64,000 nucleotides of DNA, from NCBI GenBank assembly GCA_963777505.1, contig CAVZQN010000007.1:1-64000 (forward strand). The letters run 5' to 3'. This DNA is from an uncultured bacterium (GTDB taxonomy: Bacteria; Acidobacteriota; HRBIN11; JAKEFK01). This document shows, in pieces, positions 20,744 through 30,720 of this stretch. Numbering within the stretch: position 1 is the stretch's first letter; each line of letters starts with the position of its first letter. The notes beneath the pieces are model-generated. The model was given only the letters and a program-made list of their open reading frames with translations. It did not search any database and was not told where the DNA came from. The position numbers and the translations under genes are program-made.

Positions 20744-20816
20744 GTAGGGGCGGCCCTTGTGGCCGCCCGCATTCTGGCGAACAATTTTCTAGGGCGGCCA
20801 CAAGGGCCGCCCCTAC
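20744..20816. repeat. GTAG-type REP inverted doublet
   Basis: GTAGGGGCGGCCCTTGTGGCCGCCC ... GGGCGGCCACAAGGGCCGCCCCTAC, perfect 25-nt inverted arms. Confidence 0.85.
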
Positions 20817-20842
20817 CAAGCTTGTAACCGAACGGAGGGACT

Positions 20843-21727
20843 ATGAGGCTGATCACACGCGCAGATTTAGATGGGCTGACCTGCGCAGTTTTAATTACTG
20901 AAATTGAACCGGTCGAATCCATCGAATTAATTCATCCACAGGATCTTACGGATAAACGATTTCAAGTGCTGCCCGGAGATATCATGGCAAACGTACCGTA
21001 TGATCCAAATGCCGGCAAATGGTTTGATCATCACCTTCTTACAAGCAGTAATCCTAAACCTCCGGAAAAATTCTCCGGCGCATATCGCCATGCCCCAAGT
21101 ACTGCGCGCATTGTGTATGAGTACTATAACGATTCAAAACTCAAGAAATATGATTCTCTTGTGTATGAAACGGATCGTATGGACAGCGCAAACTTAACTC
21201 TTGAAGATGTTCTCGATCCAAAAGGCTTTATTCTGCTTGGGTACACAATCGACCCCCGCACAGGTCTGACTGGTTTCAAAGATTACTTTATGCTGCTTCT
21301 GGATGCTCTAAAGACGAAAAACGAAGATCAAGTCCTTGAACTGCCGGAAGTGAAAAAGCGCGTAAATCAAATGCGCGAAGAGTGGGTTGAATTCAAACGA
21401 CTAACTCAAGAACATTCACGGATGGAAGGAAATGTTGTTGTAACAGATTTCCGTGATCTCGAAAAAATACCGGTTGGAAATCGATTTATTGTTTACACAC
21501 TGTTCCCACAATCGAATGTTTCAATAAGACTTCATTGGGGCCCAAGGAAAGAATTTGTCGCAGTTGTTGTGGGACATTCGATTTTTAATCGAACATGTAA
21601 AGTCAATATCGGTGAGTTGATGTCCGAGTTCGGCGGCGGCGGACATGTTGGTGCGGGTGCCACTCCTTTAAAACTTGAAACCGCTGAACAAGATTTACAG
21701 AAACTGATAAAGCGCTTGCAAAGTTAG
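20843..21727 (+). CDS. DHH-family phosphoesterase (exopolyphosphatase/nanoRNase-like)
   Basis: TRADLDG, FDHH and GGGGH motifs, GGAGG RBS. Confidence 0.85.
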   Translation: MRLITRADLDGLTCAVLITEIEPVESIELIHPQDLTDKRFQVLPGDIMANVPYDPNAGKWFDHHLLTSSNPKPPEKFSGAYRHAPSTARIVYEYYNDSKLKKYDSLVYETDRMDSANLTLEDVLDPKGFILLGYTIDPRTGLTGFKDYFMLLLDALKTKNEDQVLELPEVKKRVNQMREEWVEFKRLTQEHSRMEGNVVVTDFRDLEKIPVGNRFIVYTLFPQSNVSIRLHWGPRKEFVAVVVGHSIFNRTCKVNIGELMSEFGGGGHVGAGATPLKLETAEQDLQKLIKRLQS

Positions 21728-21745
21728 TTCTCCGCGTCTTTGCGG

Positions 21746-22270
21746 TTATCTTAACTTTTTGGCGATTTCACGGATGCTGGCAAGATGATGATCATCATGT
21801 TCTGCGACGAAGTAGGCCATATCGATTAATCGCATTTGAACATTGAGTCTCGGATGCACAGCAGTTCTTTTCAACACTTCAATATCCACAGCTTCTAGCC
21901 GATCTACAAAACGTTTTCGTGCCGCTCGAAATGCTGCGAGTAACTCTTCGCCTTTGCGTTGATTATGACCTCCGTCCCAGGTTTTACGATTCATTAAATC
22001 GGCCGGACGCATATTCTCAAGTTCCGAAAGGTAATCATCGATACGTCCATCATGAAGTTCATCAAGATCGCTAATATGTCCGATGTGATCTTGAATCGAC
22101 CAAAGCTCATTCACGCGGGTCGTCAATATATTTGAAGAAAAAGAGCGCACCATTTCTTCCAGGCGGGCTGGAGTGCCGCGGAGGCGCTCAAGAATGCTCG
22201 GAAAGACTTCAAGCGGAAAATTAAATGTGAAATTCCGTTCGAACCATGGGGTTCGTTCAACGTCAGCCAT
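21746..22270 (-). CDS. DinB family protein
   Basis: WSIQDHIGH and AEHDDHHL metal-binding His pattern. Confidence 0.85.
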   Translation of the reverse strand: MADVERTPWFERNFTFNFPLEVFPSILERLRGTPARLEEMVRSFSSNILTTRVNELWSIQDHIGHISDLDELHDGRIDDYLSELENMRPADLMNRKTWDGGHNQRKGEELLAAFRAARKRFVDRLEAVDIEVLKRTAVHPRLNVQMRLIDMAYFVAEHDDHHLASIREIAKKLR

Positions 22271-22484
22271 TTGTTTTAGTCCTGAATTGATTTATCAACC
22301 GGTTGAAACGAGCTTCGTAAATCATATCGTATAGGTCTATGCTTTCCGGGAGGAACTTTTTGCACCATTGCCGCAAGAGTTTGCGTTCTCCTTCAATCGT
22401 CTCGTCCGGTATCTGTTCGCAAAAAATTAAGGCGCATACAACGTCGGCTTTTCGCCTTAATTTTTCGGAGATTTCTGCATTCAT
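22263..22484 (-). CDS. small hypothetical protein (73 aa)
   Basis: Helical ORF with LYDMIYEARFNRL whose stop overlaps the DinB start. Start taken at ATG 22484. Confidence 0.6.
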   Translation of the reverse strand: MNAEISEKLRRKADVVCALIFCEQIPDETIEGERKLLRQWCKKFLPESIDLYDMIYEARFNRLINQFRTKTNG

Positions 22485-22590
22485 ATAGTAATTATAAGCT
22501 TTGTCCTGACCAAAGGGTGGGCTTCGGTAAATCCTTTGTAACAAACGGCTTTTGTGGTTAATATTAGATTTACGGGAGATCAAACTGATT

Positions 22591-24432
22591 ATGAATTTTC
22601 CGGAATACGTAAAAAATCAAAAACTAAAAGATTGGGTTCAGGAGATCGCAAACCTCACTCAACCGGAAAGAATTCATTGGGCTGACGGTTCGCAGGAAGA
22701 ATACGATGAGCTTTGCCGTCAAATGGTGGAATCCGGTACTTTCAAAAAGCTGAATCCTGAGAAAAGACCAAACAGCTATTTAGCCTGGTCCGATCCCAGT
22801 GATGTCGCGCGGGTGGAAGATCGTACTTTTATCTGCAGCAGACGTAAAGCTGATGCTGGGCCTACAAATAATTGGGTTGATCCCCGCGAGATGAAAAATA
22901 CGCTTCGTGGATTATTCGAAGGTTCTATGCGCGGTCGTACTATGTACGTCATTCCTTTCAGCATGGGACCTTTAGGTTCGCACATTGCTGAAATTGGTGT
23001 GGAAATTTCAGACTCGCCCTATGTCGTTGTCAACATGCGGATCATGACACGGATGGGTAAAAAGGTTTTGGATGTACTCGGCGATGGCGAATTCGTTCAC
23101 TGCTTACACTCCGTAGGAATGCCGCTTCAGACAGGACACAAGGATGTACCGTGGCCTTGTAACAAGGATCACAAATATATTGTGCACTTTCCTGAAGAGA
23201 GGGCGATTTGGTCTTATGGCAGCGGATATGGCGGAAATGCACTTCTTGGAAAAAAGTGTTTTGCACTTCGGATCGCTTCCTGCATGGCTCGCGACGAAGG
23301 CTGGCTTGCAGAGCACATGTTAATTCTTGGTGTTGAATCGCCGCAAAGTGAAAAAACGTACGTTGCCGCAGCATTTCCAAGCGCATGCGGAAAAACAAAT
23401 TTCGCAATGCTTATTCCGCCCAAAGCATTTGAAGGATGGAAAGTCACAACGGTTGGAGATGATATCGCATGGATTAAGAAAGGCTCAGATGGCAGATTGT
23501 ATGCGATTAATCCAGAGGCAGGATATTTTGGTGTCGCACCGGGAACATCAGAAACATCCAACAAGAATGCAATGGCTACGATGGCGAAGAACAGTATTTT
23601 TACAAATGTTGCTTTAACGCCTGATGGAGATGTGTGGTGGGAAGGGATGACGAAAACACCGCCGCCCAATTTGACTGATTGGCAAGGTCAACCCTGGACT
23701 CCGGAATCAGGAAAAAAGGCAGCACATCCGAATGCTCGTTTTACAGCCCCTGCACATCAATGTCCGTCAGTGGATCCTGATTGGGAAAATCCGCAAGGAG
23801 TGCCAATCAGTGCATTCATTTTTGGCGGACGCCGAAGTGATTCAATTCCACTCGTTTATCAGGCAGTTAATTGGAGCTTTGGTGTGTATCAAGCCGCAAC
23901 CATGGGTTCTGAAACAACTGCTGCCGCCGCAGGTAAAGTCGGAGAAGTTAGACGAGATCCGATGGCGATGCTTCCCTTCTGTGGTTATCACATGGCGGAT
24001 TATTTCAATCATTGGCTTCAAATCGGAAGAAGTGTCCATAATCCTCCGCGGCTATTCTTCGTGAATTGGTTCAGAGCTGACAAAAATGGAAAGTTCTTAT
24101 GGCCTGGGTTCAGCGAAAATATGCGCGTTCTGAAGTGGGTAGTTGATCGAGTACATGGACGCGGCTATGCAATCGAAAGTCCGATCGGCTGGATGCCCCG
24201 TTATGAAGATCTTGAATGGAATGGACTCGACTTTTCCCACGATCGCTTTCACGAACTTATGAGTGTTGATCGTGAATCATGGAAGAAGGAAATTTCGTCG
24301 CACGAATCTTTATTTTCAAAGCTGTACGATAAAATTCCAAAAGAATTTCCGTACATCCGCGAATTACTTCTATCGAGTTTGTGGCGATCCCCTGAACATT
24401 GGGCGCTTGCCTTAGACGAACCCCACGAGTAA
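22591..24432 (+). CDS. pckG: phosphoenolpyruvate carboxykinase (GTP)
   Basis: [52 protein letters not shown] and DPMAMLPF. Confidence 0.97.
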   Translation: MNFPEYVKNQKLKDWVQEIANLTQPERIHWADGSQEEYDELCRQMVESGTFKKLNPEKRPNSYLAWSDPSDVARVEDRTFICSRRKADAGPTNNWVDPREMKNTLRGLFEGSMRGRTMYVIPFSMGPLGSHIAEIGVEISDSPYVVVNMRIMTRMGKKVLDVLGDGEFVHCLHSVGMPLQTGHKDVPWPCNKDHKYIVHFPEERAIWSYGSGYGGNALLGKKCFALRIASCMARDEGWLAEHMLILGVESPQSEKTYVAAAFPSACGKTNFAMLIPPKAFEGWKVTTVGDDIAWIKKGSDGRLYAINPEAGYFGVAPGTSETSNKNAMATMAKNSIFTNVALTPDGDVWWEGMTKTPPPNLTDWQGQPWTPESGKKAAHPNARFTAPAHQCPSVDPDWENPQGVPISAFIFGGRRSDSIPLVYQAVNWSFGVYQAATMGSETTAAAAGKVGEVRRDPMAMLPFCGYHMADYFNHWLQIGRSVHNPPRLFFVNWFRADKNGKFLWPGFSENMRVLKWVVDRVHGRGYAIESPIGWMPRYEDLEWNGLDFSHDRFHELMSVDRESWKKEISSHESLFSKLYDKIPKEFPYIRELLLSSLWRSPEHWALALDEPHE

Positions 24433-24444
24433 CTCTGTGTCTCT

Positions 24445-26071
24445 GTGGTTAGATGCTATGACTTTCTCATCATTGGAAGCGGCTTCGGCGGAAGTGTCTG
24501 CGCAATGCGACTTTCGCAAAAAGGCTATCGTGTAGCGGTCCTCGAAAGCGGTAAACGCTGGAAAAAAGAAGACTTCCCCAAAACGAATTGGAATTTTCGA
24601 AAATATTTATGGATTCCCCGGTTACGTTGTTTTGGAATTCAATGCATCACGCTCTTGAAAGGCGTAATGGTGTTGCATGGAACCGGCGTTGGCGGCGGGA
24701 GTCTTGTTTACGCGAATACACTGATAAAACCAAAGCCGGAATATTTTAAAGATCCCGCATGGCCGGCCGGTTTTGATTGGGAAACGGAACTGGATCCATA
24801 TTATGAAGTTGCCGGAAAAATGCTTGGCACTGTTACAAATCCTGCAATTTTTGAAGGTGAAGAAGTCCTCCGCAAAATTGGTGAACGGATGGGAGTTTCT
24901 TCCAGTTATCAGCCGGCGCAAGTTGGAGTCTATTTTGGTGAACCAGGCAAAACTGTTTCTGATCCCTACTTTTCAGGCCAGGGTCCGGAAAGATCAGGCT
25001 GTACCTATTGTGGCGGATGTATGGTGGGATGCCGTCATGGTGCAAAAAATACATTAGATCAGAACTATTTGTATTTTGCAGAAAAATGGGGCGCTGAAAT
25101 TATTCCGGAAACCAAAGCGAAAAAGAATTGAACAGACAGCAAATGGTTATGTCGTAGAAACCGATAGTTCAACTTCGATATTTCGCAAGCCTAAATCATT
25201 TCAAGCGAACAAAGTAATTGTCGCTGCAGGCGTCCTCGGCACGGTTGAATTCTTGTTGCGAAACCGTGATCGATACAAGACACTACCGGAAATTTCGAAT
25301 CAACTCGGTGAGAATGTGCGCACTAATGGTGAAAGTCTGCTTGGTGCGACAAGCTTCGAAAAGCACCGCGATCTATCCCGTGGAATTGCGATCGGTGCGT
25401 CGTTCCATCCAGATGCTCAAACACGGATCGAAAATGTGAGATACCCATCCGGCAGTGGAGCAATGCGTTTATTGGGTGTTCCGCTAACAGGCCCAGGATC
25501 ACTCTTCACAAGACCTGGAAAACTCTTGATCAATAGCTTGCGAAGATTTCCGCGTACACTGAGATTATGGACCATTCGTGATTGGGCTCGAAGCACAATC
25601 ATCTTGCTTGTGATGCAAACGGTGGATCATCAAATGCGATTGAAACTCGGACGCTCACTTGTACGTGGTCATGTTCTAAAAGGAGCTTCTACCGGCAAAC
25701 CATTACCAAGTTATTCACCGACCGGACAAAAAGCAGCACAACTTCTTTCGGAAGAATTGAAAGGCGAAGCACAAAACGTAGTATCTGAAGTTCTTCTAGG
25801 CACACCTGCGACAGCGCATATTTTAGGTGGCTGTACAATCGGTGCAACCAAAGAAAAAGGCGTCATAGATCCGGATCATCAAGTTCATGGATACGACGGC
25901 CTTTATGTTTGCGATGGAAGTGTTATCCCTGCAAACCCTGGCGTAAATCCAAGCCTCACAATCACTGCCCTTGCCGAAAGGTTCTGTGCACAATTCCCGC
26001 CAGCAGATCCAACATCGCTTGAAGATCGAACAATCCACTTTGGTCAATCAATATTGACCCGGCAGAAATGA
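24445..26071 (+). CDS. GMC oxidoreductase (cholesterol oxidase-like); +1 frameshift in an A-run near 25120
   Basis: IGSGFGG, GVGGGSLVYAN, CxxCxxCxxGC, AHILGGC, DGSVIP and GVNPSLTITALAE, split across ORFs 24445..25131 and 25076..26071. Confidence 0.88.
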
Positions 26072-26080
26072 GATCGATAT

Positions 26081-26171
26081 CACGAAAACACTGAATTCAC
26101 TAAAATCACGGAAGAGTACTATTTGATCGACATAAATTTTCAGTGAATTCCGTGCCTTTCGTGTTTCCGTG
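26081..26171. repeat. inverted array of degenerate 9-mer units (CACGAA/CACGGA ... TTCCGTG/TTTCGTG)
   Basis: Three units followed by their reverse complements. Same style as 62218-62292 and the half-arrays near 21730 and 24433. Confidence 0.6.
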
Positions 26172-26182
26172 AACTACAAATC

Positions 26183-26257
26183 GTGTCAGATTTTCGACAC
26201 TAATTTTATTTGTTCACTATAAATCTCCTCGATGAATCTCTTGGCATTGGCATTGCT
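26183..26257 (+). promoter_or_regulatory. sigma-54-like -24/-12 promoter with an upstream dyad
   Basis: TGGCATT-GGCA-TTGCT at 26242-26257 (GG and GC 12 bp apart). Dyad GTGTC-N8-GACAC at 26183-26200. Confidence 0.5.
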
Positions 26258-26299
26258 TTCCATCAATTGGAAAAGTGTCAGCATTCAGGAGGAGATGAA

Positions 26300-27712
26300 A
26301 TGACTAAACGAATTGTTGCGATTATTTTTATCTATTTTTGCGTTTGTATATCCTGGGTTTTTCTCGGATCTGTCATGAAGTATCGCACGACAACGCAAGA
26401 CACAAAGCTGAAATCGATTGTCGGGCAACTCTGGGGATCCCCTCAAAAACAAACCGCTCCAGAAGTCTTCTATCAAACGAAAACTGAACACCAGGTGAAA
26501 ACGAAGAAAGACGATGAAACTACAATTGAAACTCGCGTTGATCTTACGAATCATCCAATTCCATTGGAAACAAGTAATGTAAATGTACGGCTGTTTCTAG
26601 ATCATCGAAAGAAAGGTCTTCTCTGGTATTCGACTTACCGTGTGCAGTTTGCCTCAGAATATACCTTCATCAATCCAACATCTGAGCTACGTGAATTCTC
26701 TGTACGTGTCACACTGCCGACAAAAGACGCTGTTTATGATAATTTCCGTTTTGCGATAGGCGGCAAAAGAATCGACAACATTGACGCTCATTCCGGCGCA
26801 TTTATTAAAAGCATCCCCGTTTTACCGGGAAAATCCGAAGTCGTTTCGATTGAATATGGATCACAGGGTATGGATCAATGGTGGTATGACTTCGGTACAG
26901 ATGTCACTCAGGTAAACAATTTTTCGTTGAATCTTGCCACTAATTTTCATGAAATTAATTTTCCCGAAAATAGCATTTCTCCTACATCCAAAAACGAAAC
27001 AGCGACCGGATGGAATTTATCCTGGAAATACAGCCAGCTTCTCTCTGGTGTCAAAATTGGAATGGAGATGCCACAAAAGCTCAATCCCGGACCATGGGTA
27101 AGCAATGTGACCTATGCTGCTCCCGTCTCGTTGTTTCTTTTCTTCTTTTTGATGCTTGTGCTGTCAACGTTAAAGAAGGTCGCTTTGCATCCGATGCATT
27201 ATTTTTTCATCGGTGCTTCCTTTTTTAGCTTTCATATACTACTTGCTTATCTTGTTGACCATATTTCCATTCACGCATCCTTTCTCATTTCCTCAATCGT
27301 TTCCATTTGTCTTGTAACATCCTATTTGCGAATCGTGGCTGGTAAACGTTTTGCGTTTCTGGAAGCTGGAATAGCACAGTTTGTTTATTTAGTCCTGTTT
27401 TCCTATACCTTCTTTTTTGAAGAGTACACGGGACTCGCAATCACTGGTCTTGGAATTTTGACACTGTTTATTGTGATGCAAATTACGGCGCGGATTGATT
27501 GGCAGAGTGTATTTTCACGGAATTCTGTGAGTGCTCAAAATGCACAGGGATTACATTGTCCCTATTGCCGCGGTACTCTACATGGAACTGCTACAGAACG
27601 ATGTGTAACCTGCGGAACATTACATCATTATGTTTGCTTCCGCGAACATGGTCATTGTGCAATTTTCGGATGCAATTCTGCGGCAGCACCGCCAGTCTTG
27701 GCAACGGAATAA
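26300..27712 (+). CDS. CreD-family inner membrane protein with a C-terminal prokaryotic RING finger
   Basis: AGGAGG RBS, N-terminal TM, periplasmic domain, 6-TM block with LHPMHYFFIG..LLAYLVDH, tail CPYC..CVTCGTLHHYVC..C..GC. Confidence 0.75.
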   Translation: MTKRIVAIIFIYFCVCISWVFLGSVMKYRTTTQDTKLKSIVGQLWGSPQKQTAPEVFYQTKTEHQVKTKKDDETTIETRVDLTNHPIPLETSNVNVRLFLDHRKKGLLWYSTYRVQFASEYTFINPTSELREFSVRVTLPTKDAVYDNFRFAIGGKRIDNIDAHSGAFIKSIPVLPGKSEVVSIEYGSQGMDQWWYDFGTDVTQVNNFSLNLATNFHEINFPENSISPTSKNETATGWNLSWKYSQLLSGVKIGMEMPQKLNPGPWVSNVTYAAPVSLFLFFFLMLVLSTLKKVALHPMHYFFIGASFFSFHILLAYLVDHISIHASFLISSIVSICLVTSYLRIVAGKRFAFLEAGIAQFVYLVLFSYTFFFEEYTGLAITGLGILTLFIVMQITARIDWQSVFSRNSVSAQNAQGLHCPYCRGTLHGTATERCVTCGTLHHYVCFREHGHCAIFGCNSAAAPPVLATE

Positions 27713-27721
27713 GCTCTAAAA

Positions 27722-27761
27722 GTAGCGCCAGTCCCCGCTCTATAGCGAACACCGGCGCTAC
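27722..27761. repeat. GTAG-ended palindrome between convergent genes
   Basis: GTAGCGCCAGT ... ACCGGCGCTAC with an inner CGCT/AGCG stem. Confidence 0.55.
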
Positions 27762-27800
27762 CAAGAGCCTCGATAAACGAGGCGTACCAATTACTTGTTT

Positions 27801-28190
27801 TTACTGGTTTTCAGGTGGAGTAGTGGTTTCAACTTCTTTGACTCTGACACGTGTAACTACGTTTGAAGGATCTGCTTCGAGAACAATTACATCACCAGAC
27901 TTCAATGTGTCAACTTTAAGTACGTTCTCCGAAGTACCCCAAACTGTTTTATCGGTAAATGTGTAGGTCTTTGTTGTCATTGTTCCATTCTTATCAACTT
28001 TCACTATGAAAGTTTTCGTTGGAACATCCACTTTTTCAATCGTTCCGATTATCTCACCATCTTTCGTTACGATTGTTTTCTCTGAGGTCGTTGAGGGTTG
28101 CTGTGTCACCACAGTTGTTTCCTCAGTTTGTGCAAAACCAATGGCTGCAACAAAAAACCCCAGAATTGCGAATAACGCTAGCTTCTTCAT
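27801..28190 (-). CDS. small secreted beta-rich (OB-fold-like) protein
   Basis: GGAGG RBS, signal peptide, GTIEKVD...LKSGDVIVL pattern. Confidence 0.65.
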   Translation of the reverse strand: MKKLALFAILGFFVAAIGFAQTEETTVVTQQPSTTSEKTIVTKDGEIIGTIEKVDVPTKTFIVKVDKNGTMTTKTYTFTDKTVWGTSENVLKVDTLKSGDVIVLEADPSNVVTRVRVKEVETTTPPENQ

Positions 28191-28383
28191 TCAACACCTC
28201 CAGTCGTGTTGGCAAATGCGTTCATGCAGAACGCTTGATTAATGATTTAACATTTTTCAAACTACGCCTTAATTTCACGTTTTCAATCGTAAATTCTGTT
28301 TTTAATTGTGATTCTGAGATATCTCTATTGATTTGAAGAACTTAGAATCTGCTAAATTTTTGTAGATTGATGGTAAGGGCTAT

Positions 28384-28785
28384 TTACTCTGGCTCGGTTT
28401 CCATCGTGCGCCATAAGATCTGCCAATTTCCGCTAGAACGTGAAAGGACCAATGCCTCTTTTCCATGTTCGTTATATACAGCTCCTTGAAGATCGTACGC
28501 GACAAAAAATGGAAGCAGAACGACTGCGATATCACCAAAAAGATCGATCTGAGGTTCACCGGAAAGAAATTCAGTTGTTTGCGCAACGGCATCGTAATCA
28601 CGATAGGACTGAACGTATGCCTCTCTACCCCTGATCCGATCACTCGAACCTGGTGGAACCATGACAACATCATCGGCTAAAAAACTGCCGAGCATATCGT
28701 AGTTTTTTTGAAGCCAGCTTTCGTTTATTTTCTTAAGAACGTCTTGAATGGCCTTCTTGTCACTTTCCAGAGAACTATTCATCAC
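28384..28785 (-). CDS. NTF2/SnoaL-like (DUF4440) protein
   Basis: LADDVVMVPP..IRGRE, FGDIAVV and GNWQI. Confidence 0.8.
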   Translation of the reverse strand: MMNSSLESDKKAIQDVLKKINESWLQKNYDMLGSFLADDVVMVPPGSSDRIRGREAYVQSYRDYDAVAQTTEFLSGEPQIDLFGDIAVVLLPFFVAYDLQGAVYNEHGKEALVLSRSSGNWQILWRTMETEPE

Positions 28786-28852
28786 TCACTCAATAGCCTG
28801 TTAAGGAATTAGAATTTCCTTCAGGATTTTTATCAGGGCTATTCTATCGTTC

Positions 28853-29149
28853 TCATCGCGCAAGGCGATTGTAAACGGCTCCGAGTAATACTCCGGATAG
28901 GCAACCCGCTATAAAGGCGTAGGCAAAACCAATGAAGCTTCCAGCCCAGGTTACAGAATAGCCAGGAAAATATTGACTTAACAAACTGAGATGCGGACCT
29001 GGATTTGGACCACCTTTTATCACAAGCCAGATAGTCGCAAAAAATAACGCACTACCAGCAAGAATCCCTAGAATGACTCCTGTGGCTGTTGCGTTCAGTC
29101 TTACAACCGCACGAGTTATCTGATCTTCCTGGATTGTGCTATGACGCAT
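28853..29149 (-). CDS. small 2-TM membrane protein (paralog B)
   Basis: GPHLSLLSQYFPGYSVTW.G..IGFAYAF. Confidence 0.75.
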   Translation of the reverse strand: MRHSTIQEDQITRAVVRLNATATGVILGILAGSALFFATIWLVIKGGPNPGPHLSLLSQYFPGYSVTWAGSFIGFAYAFIAGCLSGVLLGAVYNRLAR

Positions 29150-29151
29150 AA

Positions 29152-29535
29152 CTAAGGCAAATCACTTAAAGTAGCTTGCTGAGCACGCCTGCGCGCCCAA
29201 TGAATATAAATCCACAAAAAAGCATTTCGCATCGAAGCGAAAAAATAAGCAAAGATAAAACCTAGAACAAAAGCATAAATGAATCCCAGGATTGCTCCTG
29301 GCCACGTCACCGTATATCCCGGAAAGTATTGTGCAAGAAGTCTGAGCGTCGGACCGATGGGATTGCCCCCGCGTATCAGTAATATCACCGTTGCAAAAAA
29401 AATCCATAAGCCGCAAACAATACCTGATGCAGTTCCAAGCGCAGCAGCATTCAGATGAGCAAAAACAAGCAGAACAGGACGCGGAAGAGGACTATTTGAA
29501 GTTTGAGGATGCGAGGTTATAACCACTTCTTTCAA
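29152..29535 (-). CDS. small 2-TM membrane protein (paralog A)
   Basis: GPTLRLLAQYFPGYTVTW.G..LGFIYAF. Confidence 0.75.
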   Translation of the reverse strand: MKEVVITSHPQTSNSPLPRPVLLVFAHLNAAALGTASGIVCGLWIFFATVILLIRGGNPIGPTLRLLAQYFPGYTVTWPGAILGFIYAFVLGFIFAYFFASMRNAFLWIYIHWARRRAQQATLSDLP

Positions 29536-29661
29536 ACTTTATACCAGATAGAACTTAGAATACAGCCGCTTAACGGAAGGAAGCAAGTGGTGAGGTTTGA
29601 ATCACAAGGAACAATTCAATATAATCCACACAGCCCTGTGAGTTCCTTTTATTCCCGTTCT

Positions 29662-30720
29662 ATGGGAGACCATCAGATTCGTATCAGTGTAATTGTGCCT
29701 GCATTCAATGCCGGACGTACGCTCAAAGCCTGTCTGGCTTCCATTTTGGCAAATCGAAGCAACTATGCCGAAATAATTCTCGTCGATGATAGGTCTACTG
29801 ATGACACCGCTGAAATAGCGAAGAATTTGGGAGTTTATGTCGTGCCGAACTCAAGATTAAAAGGGCCGGCAGGTGCGCGAAATGAAGGAGCCACTCACGC
29901 ATCGGGAGAAATCCTGCTCTTTATCGATTCTGACATAACCGTACCAGATACTCTCCTGGCCGAAGTTATGAGTAATTTTGATCAGGATTCAGAACTTGTA
30001 GCACTATTTGGATCATACGATACAAGTCCTGCCTGTTCGAATTTTTTGTCTCAGTACAAAAACCTCATGCACCACTTCGTCCATCAAATCTCACGGGAAC
30101 AGACTTCCAGTTTTTGGGGAGGATGCGGAGCCATACGCAAAGACATCTTTCTTGAAACAGGTGGTTTCAACGAAAAGGATTATCCGAACGCCTCGATAGA
30201 AGACATTGAATTAGGCTTGAGGCTTACAAAACAAGGACACCGAATCAAGTTGTTGAAGAGTCTTCAAGTAAAACATCATAAGAAATGGACAATCTTCAAT
30301 TTGTTGAGAGCCGACATCTTATACCGTGCGGTTCCATGGACAAAATTGATCGCCGAAACGGGAAAAGTTCCGGATGATTTGAATCTCCAAATTTCACAAC
30401 GTTGGAGCGCATTGCTCGCCGGACTTTTTGTAGCCGTTTGCCTTTTAGTCGGAATCAAACATTGGTGGAACCCTGTACCTATTTCAATCCTTCTTGCTTC
30501 TGCCCTACTTCTAACGGTTATCCTGATTTACTTAAATCGGGGTATGTATCGATTTTTTTTACGACACAAAGGATTCCTTTTCTTGATTCCGACCTTCTTT
30601 TGGCACGTATCGTACTATCTCTATAGCAGTATCACATTTGTGATCCTCTGGATTTACCATCGCACCCGTATGCGCCTGAATCCAACGCACCCCACACAAC
30701 GGACACGAATAGCCGGATGA
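29662..30720 (+). CDS. GT2 glycosyltransferase with C-terminal TM helices
   Basis: SVIVPAFN, VDDRSTD, GPAGARN, FIDSD and EDIELG. Confidence 0.9.
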   Translation: MGDHQIRISVIVPAFNAGRTLKACLASILANRSNYAEIILVDDRSTDDTAEIAKNLGVYVVPNSRLKGPAGARNEGATHASGEILLFIDSDITVPDTLLAEVMSNFDQDSELVALFGSYDTSPACSNFLSQYKNLMHHFVHQISREQTSSFWGGCGAIRKDIFLETGGFNEKDYPNASIEDIELGLRLTKQGHRIKLLKSLQVKHHKKWTIFNLLRADILYRAVPWTKLIAETGKVPDDLNLQISQRWSALLAGLFVAVCLLVGIKHWWNPVPISILLASALLLTVILIYLNRGMYRFFLRHKGFLFLIPTFFWHVSYYLYSSITFVILWIYHRTRMRLNPTHPTQRTRIAG

